Made by a program: the position numbers and the translations under genes. A DNA stretch of 64,000 bases from a virus: IMG/VR virus record IMGVR_UViG_3300035670_000027, one strand, 5' to 3'. A model generated the notes under the pieces. The model did not search any database. It was given only the letters and a program-made list of their open reading frames with translations, and was not told the origin of the DNA. Positions 29,983 to 38,593 of this stretch are shown here, piece by piece. Each line of letters opens with the position of its first letter. Within the stretch, counting starts at the first letter, position 1.

Positions 29983-30402
29983 TCACACGCTACCTTTCAC
30001 ATAACTTGAAGCAAACTCACGGTCTTCAAAGTCAACAATGTCGGTGTCCATCTCATCTAGAACATCAACAATCTTGTCATTGGAAACTGCTACTGAAGCA
30101 ACAGGTGCGGCAACTGCTTTTGCCTTGGTTGCTTTCGGTGCTTTTGCTTTTGCAACTTTAGTGGTTGCAGGTTTTGCGACAGGTGCAGAGCCAGAACCAA
30201 TGAGTTCATAACTCACAACGGTACGACCATCACGGTTAGACTTCACCGCAAAGCCGGTATTCTTTTTGATCTCCCACAGATAAGTGGAAAGTCGAGAGGC
30301 AACAATTCCTGGAATTGCTCTCACTTCAGAAACAGTCACAGGACCTTTAGCCGCTTGCAATGCTTCGAACACCTTAACATACTGTAGATTTTTAGCCATC
30401 AA
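29983..30402 (-). CDS. Putative winged-helix DNA-binding protein with Ala/Lys-rich linker
   Basis: RLSTYLWEIKKNTG...VVSYEL followed by AKAKAPKATKAKA. Confidence 0.5.
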   Translation of the reverse strand: MMAKNLQYVKVFEALQAAKGPVTVSEVRAIPGIVASRLSTYLWEIKKNTGFAVKSNRDGRTVVSYELIGSGSAPVAKPATTKVAKAKAPKATKAKAVAAPVASVAVSNDKIVDVLDEMDTDIVDFEDREFASSYVKGSV

Positions 30403-30444
30403 AGTTCTCCTAAAAGATAAGTTAAATTCACAAACAACACCAAT

Positions 30445-30473
30445 ACTATATCACAGAAAAGATGCCATGTCAA
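30445..30473 (-). promoter_or_regulatory. sigma70 promoter
   Basis: TTGACA-17-TATAGT upstream of 29983..30402. Confidence 0.7.
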
Positions 30474-30705
30474 GTTTTTGCATCTTTATTTCCCCCTTTA
30501 CTACCTTAGGGAAGTACTGCGGAGTACTGGTTTCACCACGGGCATCAACCTCCAACAGTTTGCCGAGTACGATCCACTCGTCAACTTTCATCTTTGGTTC
30601 AACACCAGTCACTTCGTTCAAATATTCACATGCCTTAAACATGGATTCGAACATCATTGAATCTTGCAGATTTGCCACATTAGGTTTCGCAAGAAAAGTA
30701 GTCAT
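30451..30705 (-). CDS. Hypothetical protein
   Basis: GGAGG SD, 84 aa. Confidence 0.55.
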   Translation of the reverse strand: MTTFLAKPNVANLQDSMMFESMFKACEYLNEVTGVEPKMKVDEWIVLGKLLEVDARGETSTPQYFPKVVKGEIKMQKLDMASFL

Positions 30706-31052
30706 TACAGAGTTCCTCCATTCATTGCCTTAACACCAGAATACATTATACCAAGACCGATCACGGAAAGCAATAGCCCTTCGGTAAATGTTGCAGAGCC
30801 AGCATCCATACCGCCAACTGCACCGAACACTAACAAAAAACCAACCACAGTTCGAATAGAACCTTTCATTACTTTATCTCCCAATACCAAGGACCAGTTT
30901 CATCATCATAAGAGGAATAATTGTATTGTTCCATGAGAAACATCATTTCCTCTTCCTCAAGAAAGTCGGCATACTCGCCAACTCGCCGCCCTGCTTCTTC
31001 AGAGGCAATCTCGGCACACAATTCATTCACTTCATCAATTGTCATAGCCACC

Positions 31053-31370
31053 TCAAAAAGTATTCAGACTAGGAGCCAACTCAGCAATCAATTCACGCTC
31101 TCGCTGGTGGGCAGGTTTACGACCACGGACAACTTCAAGGACTTCATAACGCCATTCGCAATCATCAAGAACACGGAGAGCATTACAGAAATTCCAATTT
31201 TTGTCCTCACATCTCGCACGGCTAACATGTTTCTGCCAGCGAATCTTTACGGACTTGAGATACGCTTGACCGAGAGCCACCGTGAGACCGATATAGGTAT
31301 CGCCGGTATCGATACATGTAACCCGGTAGATCACATGATTTCGGTCGCTTCGTTTCTTTCTCATTACCAT
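31053..31370 (-). CDS. Small GIY-YIG nuclease-domain protein
   Basis: VIY.VT...TG..YIG, R...H, E..LI......LN. Confidence 0.75.
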   Translation of the reverse strand: MVMRKKRSDRNHVIYRVTCIDTGDTYIGLTVALGQAYLKSVKIRWQKHVSRARCEDKNWNFCNALRVLDDCEWRYEVLEVVRGRKPAHQRERELIAELAPSLNTF

Positions 31371-31376
31371 ACTTAC

Positions 31377-31446
31377 AGTATAGCACAATGGGAGGGCAAG
31401 TCAAGGGCTTTTTCAACTTTTTTTTGTTGTGTTGCACAAAAACAAC
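31377..31446 (-). promoter_or_regulatory. Early sigma70 promoter module
   Basis: TTGACT-16-TATACT, A-tracts, GTTG-N8-CAAC 31431-31446. Confidence 0.8.
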
Positions 31447-31610
31447 ACCTCGGAGGGCGGTTTTGGGCGCTTTTCGGCATGGGGGTGATGCTAGACTATA
31501 CTCCGACCCCAGGACCGTCCCAAAGCCGGTTTTAGGCGGCTTTTCGGATATTTCTGCCCTATACACTAGCACAGGCAAGGGCTTTCGGAGGGGTTTTTCA
31601 GCCATGTTAG

Positions 31611-31970
31611 TTAGTACTCACAAACAAACGCTTGGATCAGAAACCGCTTGGTTTCGTAGGCGGACTTAAACTTTTTGGAAGACTTCTTCCCATTGATACT
31701 CATTCTCACTTCGATTGATTTTGGCGCACGGACTAGCACGGCACCGAATTCTTTTCCTGAAGTGCCAAACGGAATCACATAAGCATCTCCTTTGTCGACC
31801 TTTCGCTTGGCGTATCCGGGTCCCATCCGAGTGGCTTTGATTTTATCAAGCCCCCCAAATCGGACCGTGTCTAAAATTTCACTCGCAATAGACTGCCGAG
31901 GACCCATACCTTCAAGAAACATCATAAACTTTTCCTTTGTGCTTCGGATCACGGCGGCGCTTGTCGCCAA
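31611..31970 (-). CDS. Hypothetical basic protein
   Basis: ORF with AAGGA SD before the internal MM start. Confidence 0.55.
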   Translation of the reverse strand: MATSAAVIRSTKEKFMMFLEGMGPRQSIASEILDTVRFGGLDKIKATRMGPGYAKRKVDKGDAYVIPFGTSGKEFGAVLVRAPKSIEVRMSINGKKSSKKFKSAYETKRFLIQAFVCEY

Positions 31971-32027
31971 CTACTCGCATACGGTACTTCGGTGTACGCA
32001 AGTCTTTGGCGATAAAGTCACGCCGTT

Positions 32028-32429
32028 TCACTTTACCAATTCGTAGGGTTTGTTCCATTTTCCAATATTCACATCAACATAATATGCGGTGTCGAAATAG
32101 TCGATTTGTGCATCGCTATTATCGTAATAATCGGCACCATACAAACATGCAAATGCTTCCTTTAAAAATTGTTTTGCTTTACCCGTAAAGTGGTCTTGAT
32201 ACCAATACGGATTTACATCAATCGAACCATAACGGCGGACAAACGATTCGTCCTGGCACTTGCCATCCGCTAGGTAGTTCTCAATAAAATCAATGCTACC
32301 GGCTTTTACATTCAGCACAATGGTAGAATGATTACGGACTGCGAGGGTGCCTTTGACGCCATACTTCTTAAGCACAGGTTTCAGCATCGCCGCAATTTTC
32401 GCTTTTTTCTCTTGGGACATATAAGCCAT
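32028..32429 (-). CDS. Conserved phage early hypothetical protein
   Basis: MAYMSQEKK..IA..LK..LKKYG.KG.L.V.NHS...DNSD.QIDYF..AYY....IGKWNKPY. Confidence 0.7.
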   Translation of the reverse strand: MAYMSQEKKAKIAAMLKPVLKKYGVKGTLAVRNHSTIVLNVKAGSIDFIENYLADGKCQDESFVRRYGSIDVNPYWYQDHFTGKAKQFLKEAFACLYGADYYDNSDAQIDYFDTAYYVDVNIGKWNKPYELVK

Positions 32430-32580
32430 TATACATTCTCCTTTGCAAGGTCACGCTCACGAATTTCAACTTCGATTTTCATTTTCACTTGCTCTAAAAC
32501 TTCGGTGGGAAGTTTTTCGATAGTAAGATAAAAATCGTGTGTCACAATCATATCAATTTCATCTTGGCTATAGTCAAACA

Positions 32581-32811
32581 TTATACACTCCCTACACGAC
32601 TGGTTGCAAATTTTAAATTACGGACAAGGTCTTCAGTAGTATCCAAACGGTCAGCCGCAAGCGGAATCAGATTCGCTTCAAGGAAACCAGCAAGGCGGGC
32701 GTAGGCAAAATCGCCATCGTTTTTTACTGCCGCTTCATATTCACGCAAGGCATCAAAAATCATTTTGGACCGAGCGGACCTCGCTTCCATTTCTTTCACA
32801 AATTTACTCAT
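32581..32811 (-). CDS. Hypothetical protein (MSKFVKEME...)
   Basis: GGAG SD upstream of the internal ATG. Confidence 0.5.
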   Translation of the reverse strand: MSKFVKEMEARSARSKMIFDALREYEAAVKNDGDFAYARLAGFLEANLIPLAADRLDTTEDLVRNLKFATSRVGSV

Positions 32812-32813
32812 TA

Positions 32814-33035
32814 TCAAACTCCAAAAACATAGTTGGAAACACCAAGGACATTCGAAAACAGAAAAGTACCTTGGAGAGCCGAAAGGTTCCAGTTTTTTTG
32901 CTTCATGGCTGAGTAGAAAAGACAGACAGAGGAAACGAAAAACAGGCAGAACCCTACCGCTAGAAAACCACGGGCTACTAGGAACGACCCAGTAATACCG
33001 CAAACAACACCGAAAAATTCAATCGCTTTCAACAT
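32814..33035 (-). CDS. Small membrane protein (probably leaderless)
   Basis: Three hydrophobic segments; ATG 7 nt downstream of the -10 box. Confidence 0.55.
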   Translation of the reverse strand: MLKAIEFFGVVCGITGSFLVARGFLAVGFCLFFVSSVCLFYSAMKQKNWNLSALQGTFLFSNVLGVSNYVFGV

Positions 33036-33041
33036 GTTTAT

Positions 33042-33138
33042 AGTATACCGAGGCTGGTTCGGAAAGTCAAGGGTTTTCCACACTTTTTTTTGTATGTTGC
33101 TCAAATACAACACCATGTTAGTAAGCACTCACTAACAT
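33042..33138 (-). promoter_or_regulatory. Early sigma70 promoter module
   Basis: TTGACT-17-TATACT, GTTG-N8-CAAC 33096-33111, palindrome ATGTTAGTAAGCACTCACTAACAT 33115-33138. Confidence 0.8.
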
Positions 33139-33257
33139 AATCATAGTCACAACCCAGGCAATTTCAAGAATTCCGGCGACAATAAAGGTTGCCCAATCTG
33201 CCGGACCCATGGAGTCGGCGGCTAGGCAGATATCGAACCAGGTATCCTTTAGGAAAT

Positions 33258-33500
33258 TCATGACCTTACAATTTCAAAATTCTCACCAAGGTACTTGTCA
33301 AAGGTTCGGACAAGGTGTTCATAATCGCCTTGCATCATTTCCTTCGCAATGGCTTCGCCCAATTCGGGAGCACCACTACGCCGAAATGTTTTTTTCACTA
33401 CGGCTAAAAGATAAAATGCATTACCTTGTTCGCCATCCAAATCAATCACAGGTCGAATGGAAGGAAACCCTTCCAAGCCTGGACATTTTGTTCTAATCAT
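33258..33500 (-). CDS. Hypothetical protein
   Basis: IDL.G..GNAF.LL...M..GDYEHLV..FD..G. Confidence 0.65.
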   Translation of the reverse strand: MIRTKCPGLEGFPSIRPVIDLDGEQGNAFYLLAVVKKTFRRSGAPELGEAIAKEMMQGDYEHLVRTFDKYLGENFEIVRS

Positions 33501-33511
33501 TCTAGTTTCTC

Positions 33512-34003
33512 CTAACTAACGAATTCTTTAATAGACTTCACTTGGCATTCATCCCAAATTTTTTGGCTTATCATCAGTTTCGATATTCCTTTGGTGGGGC
33601 GGCCGCCTTCTACTGAAAATAAAATTTTGAAACTATTTTTTCCTTTATAAAATTTATACGGAATTTTAAAATAATAAACTTGACCATTTTTTCCGTCTGC
33701 AACAATGGTTCTTAAAATGCCTTTTTTATTTTTGCAATTGTTTACTGTGGCTCTCCTACCTGTTTCTCCACTCACTACAGTTTTTTTTGCATCGGACCCA
33801 TCTATAAAATCTTGACCAATACCATAAGACCTTTCTAGTTTTCCTAATTTTGATATTGCATACTCAACAAAATTATCAATCGAAATAATTCCGTGTTCAA
33901 TTTGTTTTAAATTTATTTTTCTAACTTCATTTGGAATTTTTAATGCCTTAGCCAATTCGGAATAAATTAATTTATGACCAATAATTGTCCTTTGAGTATC
34001 CAT
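33512..34003 (-). CDS. AT-rich putative PD-(D/E)XK nuclease-like protein
   Basis: E...DF.DGSDAK motif, Lys-rich, visibly lower GC than the flanks. Confidence 0.45.
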   Translation of the reverse strand: MDTQRTIIGHKLIYSELAKALKIPNEVRKINLKQIEHGIISIDNFVEYAISKLGKLERSYGIGQDFIDGSDAKKTVVSGETGRRATVNNCKNKKGILRTIVADGKNGQVYYFKIPYKFYKGKNSFKILFSVEGGRPTKGISKLMISQKIWDECQVKSIKEFVS

Positions 34004-34009
34004 TATTTT

Positions 34010-34225
34010 CTACCACTCCTTTTGTGCGAATGGTGTTTCATTATAGCCAGCCATGTAGGCGGCAATCTCTTCTTCACTCATATCCACTTCTTCAATCTCG
34101 GTTGACTGATAAGTGTTACCAGTAAAATAATGTGGGCGAGGTTCACGACCATAGTAAGCATCAGCCGAACCACGATCATAGGCACCGCCGTGCCGAGTAA
34201 AAACTTCACGCTCTGAATAATTCAT
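34010..34225 (-). CDS. Conserved phage hypothetical protein
   Basis: RHGG.YDRGSAD.YY.R...PHY...EI.AY.AGY. Confidence 0.65.
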   Translation of the reverse strand: MNYSEREVFTRHGGAYDRGSADAYYGREPRPHYFTGNTYQSTEIEEVDMSEEEIAAYMAGYNETPFAQKEW

Positions 34226-34226
34226 C

Positions 34227-34946
34227 TTAAGCCGCCTTCATCATAATAGTTGGATACTTCACAAAACCGCTGGTATCTTTTTTCGCTTTGCCTTTTGCAT
34301 ACAGACCAACCACGACACCTTTGGGATCAAGGAAACGCAAATCAGAATCGTCACCGTTGAAAACAGGAACACCATTGTAAGTTTCAGGCATCGGAGAATT
34401 TTTCTTAATGCCGAACACGGTAGCGATATTGTAACCTTCTTTAATCGCACGGAGAACATCAAGGTCATTGCCGTCTGCCGCTGAGAAGGTCAGGTGATAA
34501 TTCGCCAGACCGTTCACTTTACGACCAAGAATTTTTGTATAGTCATAAAATTGGACATTGGGAAACTCTTGAATGACGCCATACTTTTCCCATGAGATAT
34601 CAGAGGTGCCGTTCAGGCGGAAGACAGGAATCAAGCCTTTCTTTTCTGATTGACGAATCGCTTTACGGATATCATCTTTCAGAGTAGCAAGGAAATTTTC
34701 ACGGTCTTCAAAAAAGAATCGGGTTTTACGCTTGCGGGCTTCTTGAATCACATTGGTGGATTCGCCACGCTTGAACATGCCGCCACGACCAGCGGTGTTT
34801 AGGCAAGCCGCTTTACAACCAGCCGTAGCCTTTGGGCAAGTATTGTAGCCAGAAACATCAGCCGGGGCAAGGTGAAGGATATAGGTCATATAGCCTTGCT
34901 TCATACCTTTGAGAATTTTGGGATTACCGACAGAAAGCAATTTCAT
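34227..34946 (-). CDS. GP88-like Cys-motif (radical-SAM-related) protein
   Basis: TCP.AT.GC.AACL, RLNGTSD, QFYDYTK, YHLTFS, GD.SDLRFLD. Confidence 0.6.
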   Translation of the reverse strand: MKLLSVGNPKILKGMKQGYMTYILHLAPADVSGYNTCPKATAGCKAACLNTAGRGGMFKRGESTNVIQEARKRKTRFFFEDRENFLATLKDDIRKAIRQSEKKGLIPVFRLNGTSDISWEKYGVIQEFPNVQFYDYTKILGRKVNGLANYHLTFSAADGNDLDVLRAIKEGYNIATVFGIKKNSPMPETYNGVPVFNGDDSDLRFLDPKGVVVGLYAKGKAKKDTSGFVKYPTIMMKAA

Positions 34947-34975
34947 AACATCTCCGTATCAATCACTATGAATAC

Positions 34976-35060
34976 AGTATACCATAGTGGGAGGAAAAGT
35001 CAACAATTATTTTCAATGGTGTTGCAGAAAAACAACATAAGTTAGTGAGTACTTACTCAC
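34976..35060 (-). promoter_or_regulatory. Early sigma70 promoter module
   Basis: TTGACT-16-TATACT, GTTG-N8-CAAC 35021-35036, palindrome 35041-35060. Confidence 0.8.
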
Positions 35061-35128
35061 AAAAAAAGAGGGGTTTTCATAAGCATCTCATGACCGCCTA
35101 GCGGACCGGGCAGAAAACCCCCTAACAT

Positions 35129-35338
35129 TTATTCGTACCAGCCCAATTCGTATCCAATGCACTCACGGACTGCGGTGTCTGTAATCTCGCCGTAGCATTC
35201 ATCCTTGCCAATCGCACTCATCATACCCATGACAACATCGCTGGACAAGCCGTGGGTTTTTGCAAATTTCACAAGGTCAGCAACCATAGCATCGCCAGCG
35301 GAAGTAAACATCTCAAAAGAAACAGGTGCGGTTCTCAT
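35129..35338 (-). CDS. Hypothetical protein
   Basis: MFT.AGD...EITDTAVRE. Confidence 0.55.
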   Translation of the reverse strand: MRTAPVSFEMFTSAGDAMVADLVKFAKTHGLSSDVVMGMMSAIGKDECYGEITDTAVRECIGYELGWYE

Positions 35339-35349
35339 TCTATATCCCC

Positions 35350-35597
35350 TTAAACCAAATCAACTTGAACATCAATTCCGTCATTGGTGCGAGTACTAAA
35401 CCCTACCATTGGCATTCCATGACGGCGGCGCATTGCCACTTGCATCAAAGCATTCCACACGGCAACCCTTTGCTCACGCTGAGGAAAGCGGCTACCCATC
35501 AAATCTTTCACTTGACAATCACCAATAAACACACCGTTGATAACGGCACGAAATTTCTGGGAATTCTTCAAGCCGTCAATGATAATTTTCGTATTCA
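35350..35597 (-). CDS. Hypothetical protein
   Basis: GGAG SD; MNTKIIIDGL start. Confidence 0.55.
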
Positions 35598-35630
35598 TCT
35601 CAAATCTCCGTATCAATCACTACATTAACT

Positions 35631-35725
35631 ATTCTACAGGACTCTTGGCAAAAGTCAAGGGTTTTTTCAACTTTTTTTGCAGATTTGGGTAAAAACAACA
35701 TCTATGTTAGTGAGTACTTACTAAC
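35631..35725 (-). promoter_or_regulatory. Early sigma70 promoter module
   Basis: TTGACT-16-TAGAAT, degenerate box, palindrome GTTAGTGAGTACTTACTAAC 35706-35725. Confidence 0.75.
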
Positions 35726-35854
35726 TAGCCTAGGGTCTTGACCGAGCCAGAAACGGCACCACCGATCAAAGCAAGGACGAGGAAGGAACTCAGAAAAATC
35801 GCAAGAATCGTAATCATTTTTTTCTCCGTATCAATGTCAATCACTACAGTACCC

Positions 35855-35954
35855 ATTCTACACTACTAGGGGCAAAAGTCAACAACTTTTTTTCAACCTG
35901 TTGCAAAAAAACAACTCTAAATCATAGCACTAAAATTGTTTGTGAGTACTCACT
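35855..35954 (-). promoter_or_regulatory. Early sigma70 promoter module
   Basis: TTGACT-16-TAGAAT, GTTG-N8-CAAC 35900-35915, GTGAGTACTCAC 35942-35953. Confidence 0.75.
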
Positions 35955-35981
35955 TACAATTGATTTAGATCAAGCCCGGCT

Positions 35982-35989
35982 TATAAATA
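35982..35989 (+). promoter_or_regulatory. T4-type late promoter
   Basis: TATAAATA ~70 nt upstream of the + strand cassette. Confidence 0.75.
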
Positions 35990-36059
35990 AGTGTATGTAA
36001 TTGATTTTACTCTTTAGTTATGGTTTCGCTATGCCAATCAACTAGGGAGACAAACCACA

Positions 36060-37052
36060 ATGAATTACCAAGGCAGAAAGACCGTTGTTGCGGTTCTTTT
36101 CGCTATGACATTCGGTGCCGCAATGGCGCAAGATACGAATGTAAACACGACAAATACAAGTACCTCAACAAGCACGGTCAATTCAACAAACACGAACAAC
36201 AATACAAACACTAGCACATCCACATCTACGGTGGACAGTACAAGCACGAACACCAATAACAACAACAATGTAAACACTTCGACAAGTACTTCGACCAATA
36301 CGAATGTCAACACCAACAACAATATCAATAGTGGTGACCAAACCATTCGTAATGTCAACTCTGGAGAGATGACCTACAATAACAACAATGTCAATACTTC
36401 GACTAGCACAAACACGAACAACAATAACAATGTCAATACTTCGACTAGCACAAATGTAAACACAAATAACAACATCAATAGCGGAGAGCAGACATTCAAC
36501 AATAACAACAATACAACTTCGAACAACACCAATACGAATAACAATGTAAACACTTCAACAAGCACCAATACCAATGTAAACAAAAATGAAAACTCTGGTA
36601 CGGTAACTAACATCAATAAGAATGAAACTGAAGTCAGACAGATTTCACCTCCACCAACTGCCGTAGCACCTACAATGATGAGTGGTGGTAATTCTGATTT
36701 GTGTACAGTCGGAACATCTGGTGCAGTTCAGACACAGATTCTTGGTGTATCAAGCGGTGGCGTATTGAGAGATAAGAATTGTGAAAGATTGAAAAACGCT
36801 AAAGTTCTATACGATATGGGTATGAAGGTTGCGGCAGTCGCTACACTTTGCCAAGACCGTAGAGTATTTGATGCAATGTGGAATGCTGGAACACCATGCC
36901 CATTTGAGGGTGAGATTGGTGCAAAAGCAAAAGCCGCATGGGAACAGTTCCCAGACAGAAAACCTGCATACGAGGAAGACGAGAGTGATCCATTCTATAA
37001 GAAAACATTGTTCGCTACTATTCTTGGCTATCTGCTTTTCATCGGTCTCTAA
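36060..37052 (+). CDS. Secreted/membrane-anchored Asn/Thr-repeat protein
   Basis: Signal peptide, ~165 aa of NTNTNNNVNTSTST-like repeats, 4-Cys domain, C-terminal TM. Confidence 0.8.
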   Translation: MNYQGRKTVVAVLFAMTFGAAMAQDTNVNTTNTSTSTSTVNSTNTNNNTNTSTSTSTVDSTSTNTNNNNNVNTSTSTSTNTNVNTNNNINSGDQTIRNVNSGEMTYNNNNVNTSTSTNTNNNNNVNTSTSTNVNTNNNINSGEQTFNNNNNTTSNNTNTNNNVNTSTSTNTNVNKNENSGTVTNINKNETEVRQISPPPTAVAPTMMSGGNSDLCTVGTSGAVQTQILGVSSGGVLRDKNCERLKNAKVLYDMGMKVAAVATLCQDRRVFDAMWNAGTPCPFEGEIGAKAKAAWEQFPDRKPAYEEDESDPFYKKTLFATILGYLLFIGL

Positions 37053-38583
37053 CGCACAGACAGTAGATAGCACCGGCAACCTAATCAATAATCAAAATTG
37101 GTTAGGTGTTGGTGCTTATGCGCCTGACCCAAATGATTGTTGTTCAAATCCTGCTGGCAGTCAACCCTTATATGATACTTCAACTGGAACAATTAAATGG
37201 AGTTATGGCTTCAATAGTGTGTCACAATCAATAGGTATTCAAAGTGCATTGTCCGCGGCAGGAACAGGATTATTAGTGCAAGGTTACAACTATTCTTTTG
37301 ATGCAAAAAATCTTTCTGAAAATGGTGCAGGCTTTGACACATTTGGATATAACACTTGGCTTACAAATAATTCAGGACAAGTATTATTAAGTCAAGGTGG
37401 CGATTTGACCACGGCATTCAATTGGACAACATTCTCTGGAAGTTTGAGTTTACCGACTGGATTGCCTTTACCTGAATCTGGTTCTGTTGGCATCTCATTC
37501 TATGGAAGAGATGATGGGTTTTGGGCTGGCTTGTATGGACCAGAAGTTCGCAATGTATCATTGTCATTGAATTATTCGTTTGATCCATGTGCGGCTGATC
37601 CATTGTATTCATCTTCATGCCCAGGTTATCTTGATGCGTTCTTTGCAAAGATTGGTATGGCTCTCTTTGGAACACCAGAAACATCAACGCCAGTAGTCGA
37701 AACAACTCCAGTTGTTGCAACAACTACAACAAGTGAACCAGAACAAACTCAAGAGGTTGTGTCCGCACCAGTAATAGTCTCCCAACCTGTGACACAAGCA
37801 ACAACCGAAACTGCACCTGTCGCAACTGTAACATCAACACCAGCGGCAACATCTGAAGCACAATCATCTGGTGGTTCTAGAGTTTCGCTCTCAACAATTC
37901 TCAGCATCGTTGGTAATGAACAATCACGAATTGCAGGCGTAGAAAGATCAACTGTAGAACAATCTGTAGAACAATCAGTAAGAGAAGGTGATAAGGCAAC
38001 TCAGCAAGCCGAATCAATTGCCGCAAGTGCAACAAGTGAAAGCATCTCAGTAAGCATTTCATCTGCACAATCGCAAATGGCAATTGATCAACAACAAGCA
38101 ACATCATCTGCACAGTCTTCAGGAGGTGGCTTAAATTTTTTCTCCAGCGCATCAGGCTCACTATCACCATTCGATTCTAGTGTTGGATTGAAACCGCCAA
38201 CACCAACAATGACCGAACAACTTGCATCAATTCAAATTGAAGAGAAAACAGAATCCGCCGTATCATTTTCAGGTTTCTCGGCTGTAAATGTTTTGAAAGA
38301 AGAAGAAGCAAAGGTTAACTCTGGTGGACAGACTGAACAAAAGACTGAAACGGTTAAACGAAATGTGCCGAACAATGAATTGGCTGGTAATGTAACTTTG
38401 GCTTCTTTGGGTGCAACACCAGAAGGGTTTCAAGCATACTCTACAATGATGCCAGATGCGGCATTCTATGCACCAAAAGAAATTTACAAGAATCAAGTAG
38501 TGGTTGACAATAGAGCAGGTAGAAGAATGTTTAGCGGTAGTGACAATCTACATCAACAAATGGTCGATCAACAATACAAATAA
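36985..38583 (+). CDS. Secreted protein with beta-rich N-domain and Ser/Thr/Glu-rich stalk
   Basis: Probable GTG start after GAGGAAG, signal peptide, DPC..DPLY...CPGY motif. Confidence 0.7.
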   Translation: MIHSIRKHCSLLFLAICFSSVSNAQTVDSTGNLINNQNWLGVGAYAPDPNDCCSNPAGSQPLYDTSTGTIKWSYGFNSVSQSIGIQSALSAAGTGLLVQGYNYSFDAKNLSENGAGFDTFGYNTWLTNNSGQVLLSQGGDLTTAFNWTTFSGSLSLPTGLPLPESGSVGISFYGRDDGFWAGLYGPEVRNVSLSLNYSFDPCAADPLYSSSCPGYLDAFFAKIGMALFGTPETSTPVVETTPVVATTTTSEPEQTQEVVSAPVIVSQPVTQATTETAPVATVTSTPAATSEAQSSGGSRVSLSTILSIVGNEQSRIAGVERSTVEQSVEQSVREGDKATQQAESIAASATSESISVSISSAQSQMAIDQQQATSSAQSSGGGLNFFSSASGSLSPFDSSVGLKPPTPTMTEQLASIQIEEKTESAVSFSGFSAVNVLKEEEAKVNSGGQTEQKTETVKRNVPNNELAGNVTLASLGATPEGFQAYSTMMPDAAFYAPKEIYKNQVVVDNRAGRRMFSGSDNLHQQMVDQQYK

Positions 38584-38593
38584 GAGGAACAAA

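Noticed and set aside
31053-31370. GIY-YIG gene as a mobile homing endonuclease
   Set aside because: Only the catalytic domain is present, with no DNA-binding extension, and it has its own early promoter module.
23819-35954. Dispersed repeats as CRISPR or IS ends
   Set aside because: Irregular spacing, promoter consensus inside each copy, and no transposase or cas genes.
36130-36620. Possible CRISPR array or DNA repeat element
   Set aside because: Repeats are in-frame, codon-degenerate protein repeats without spacers; the antisense Val/Leu ORFs are shadows.
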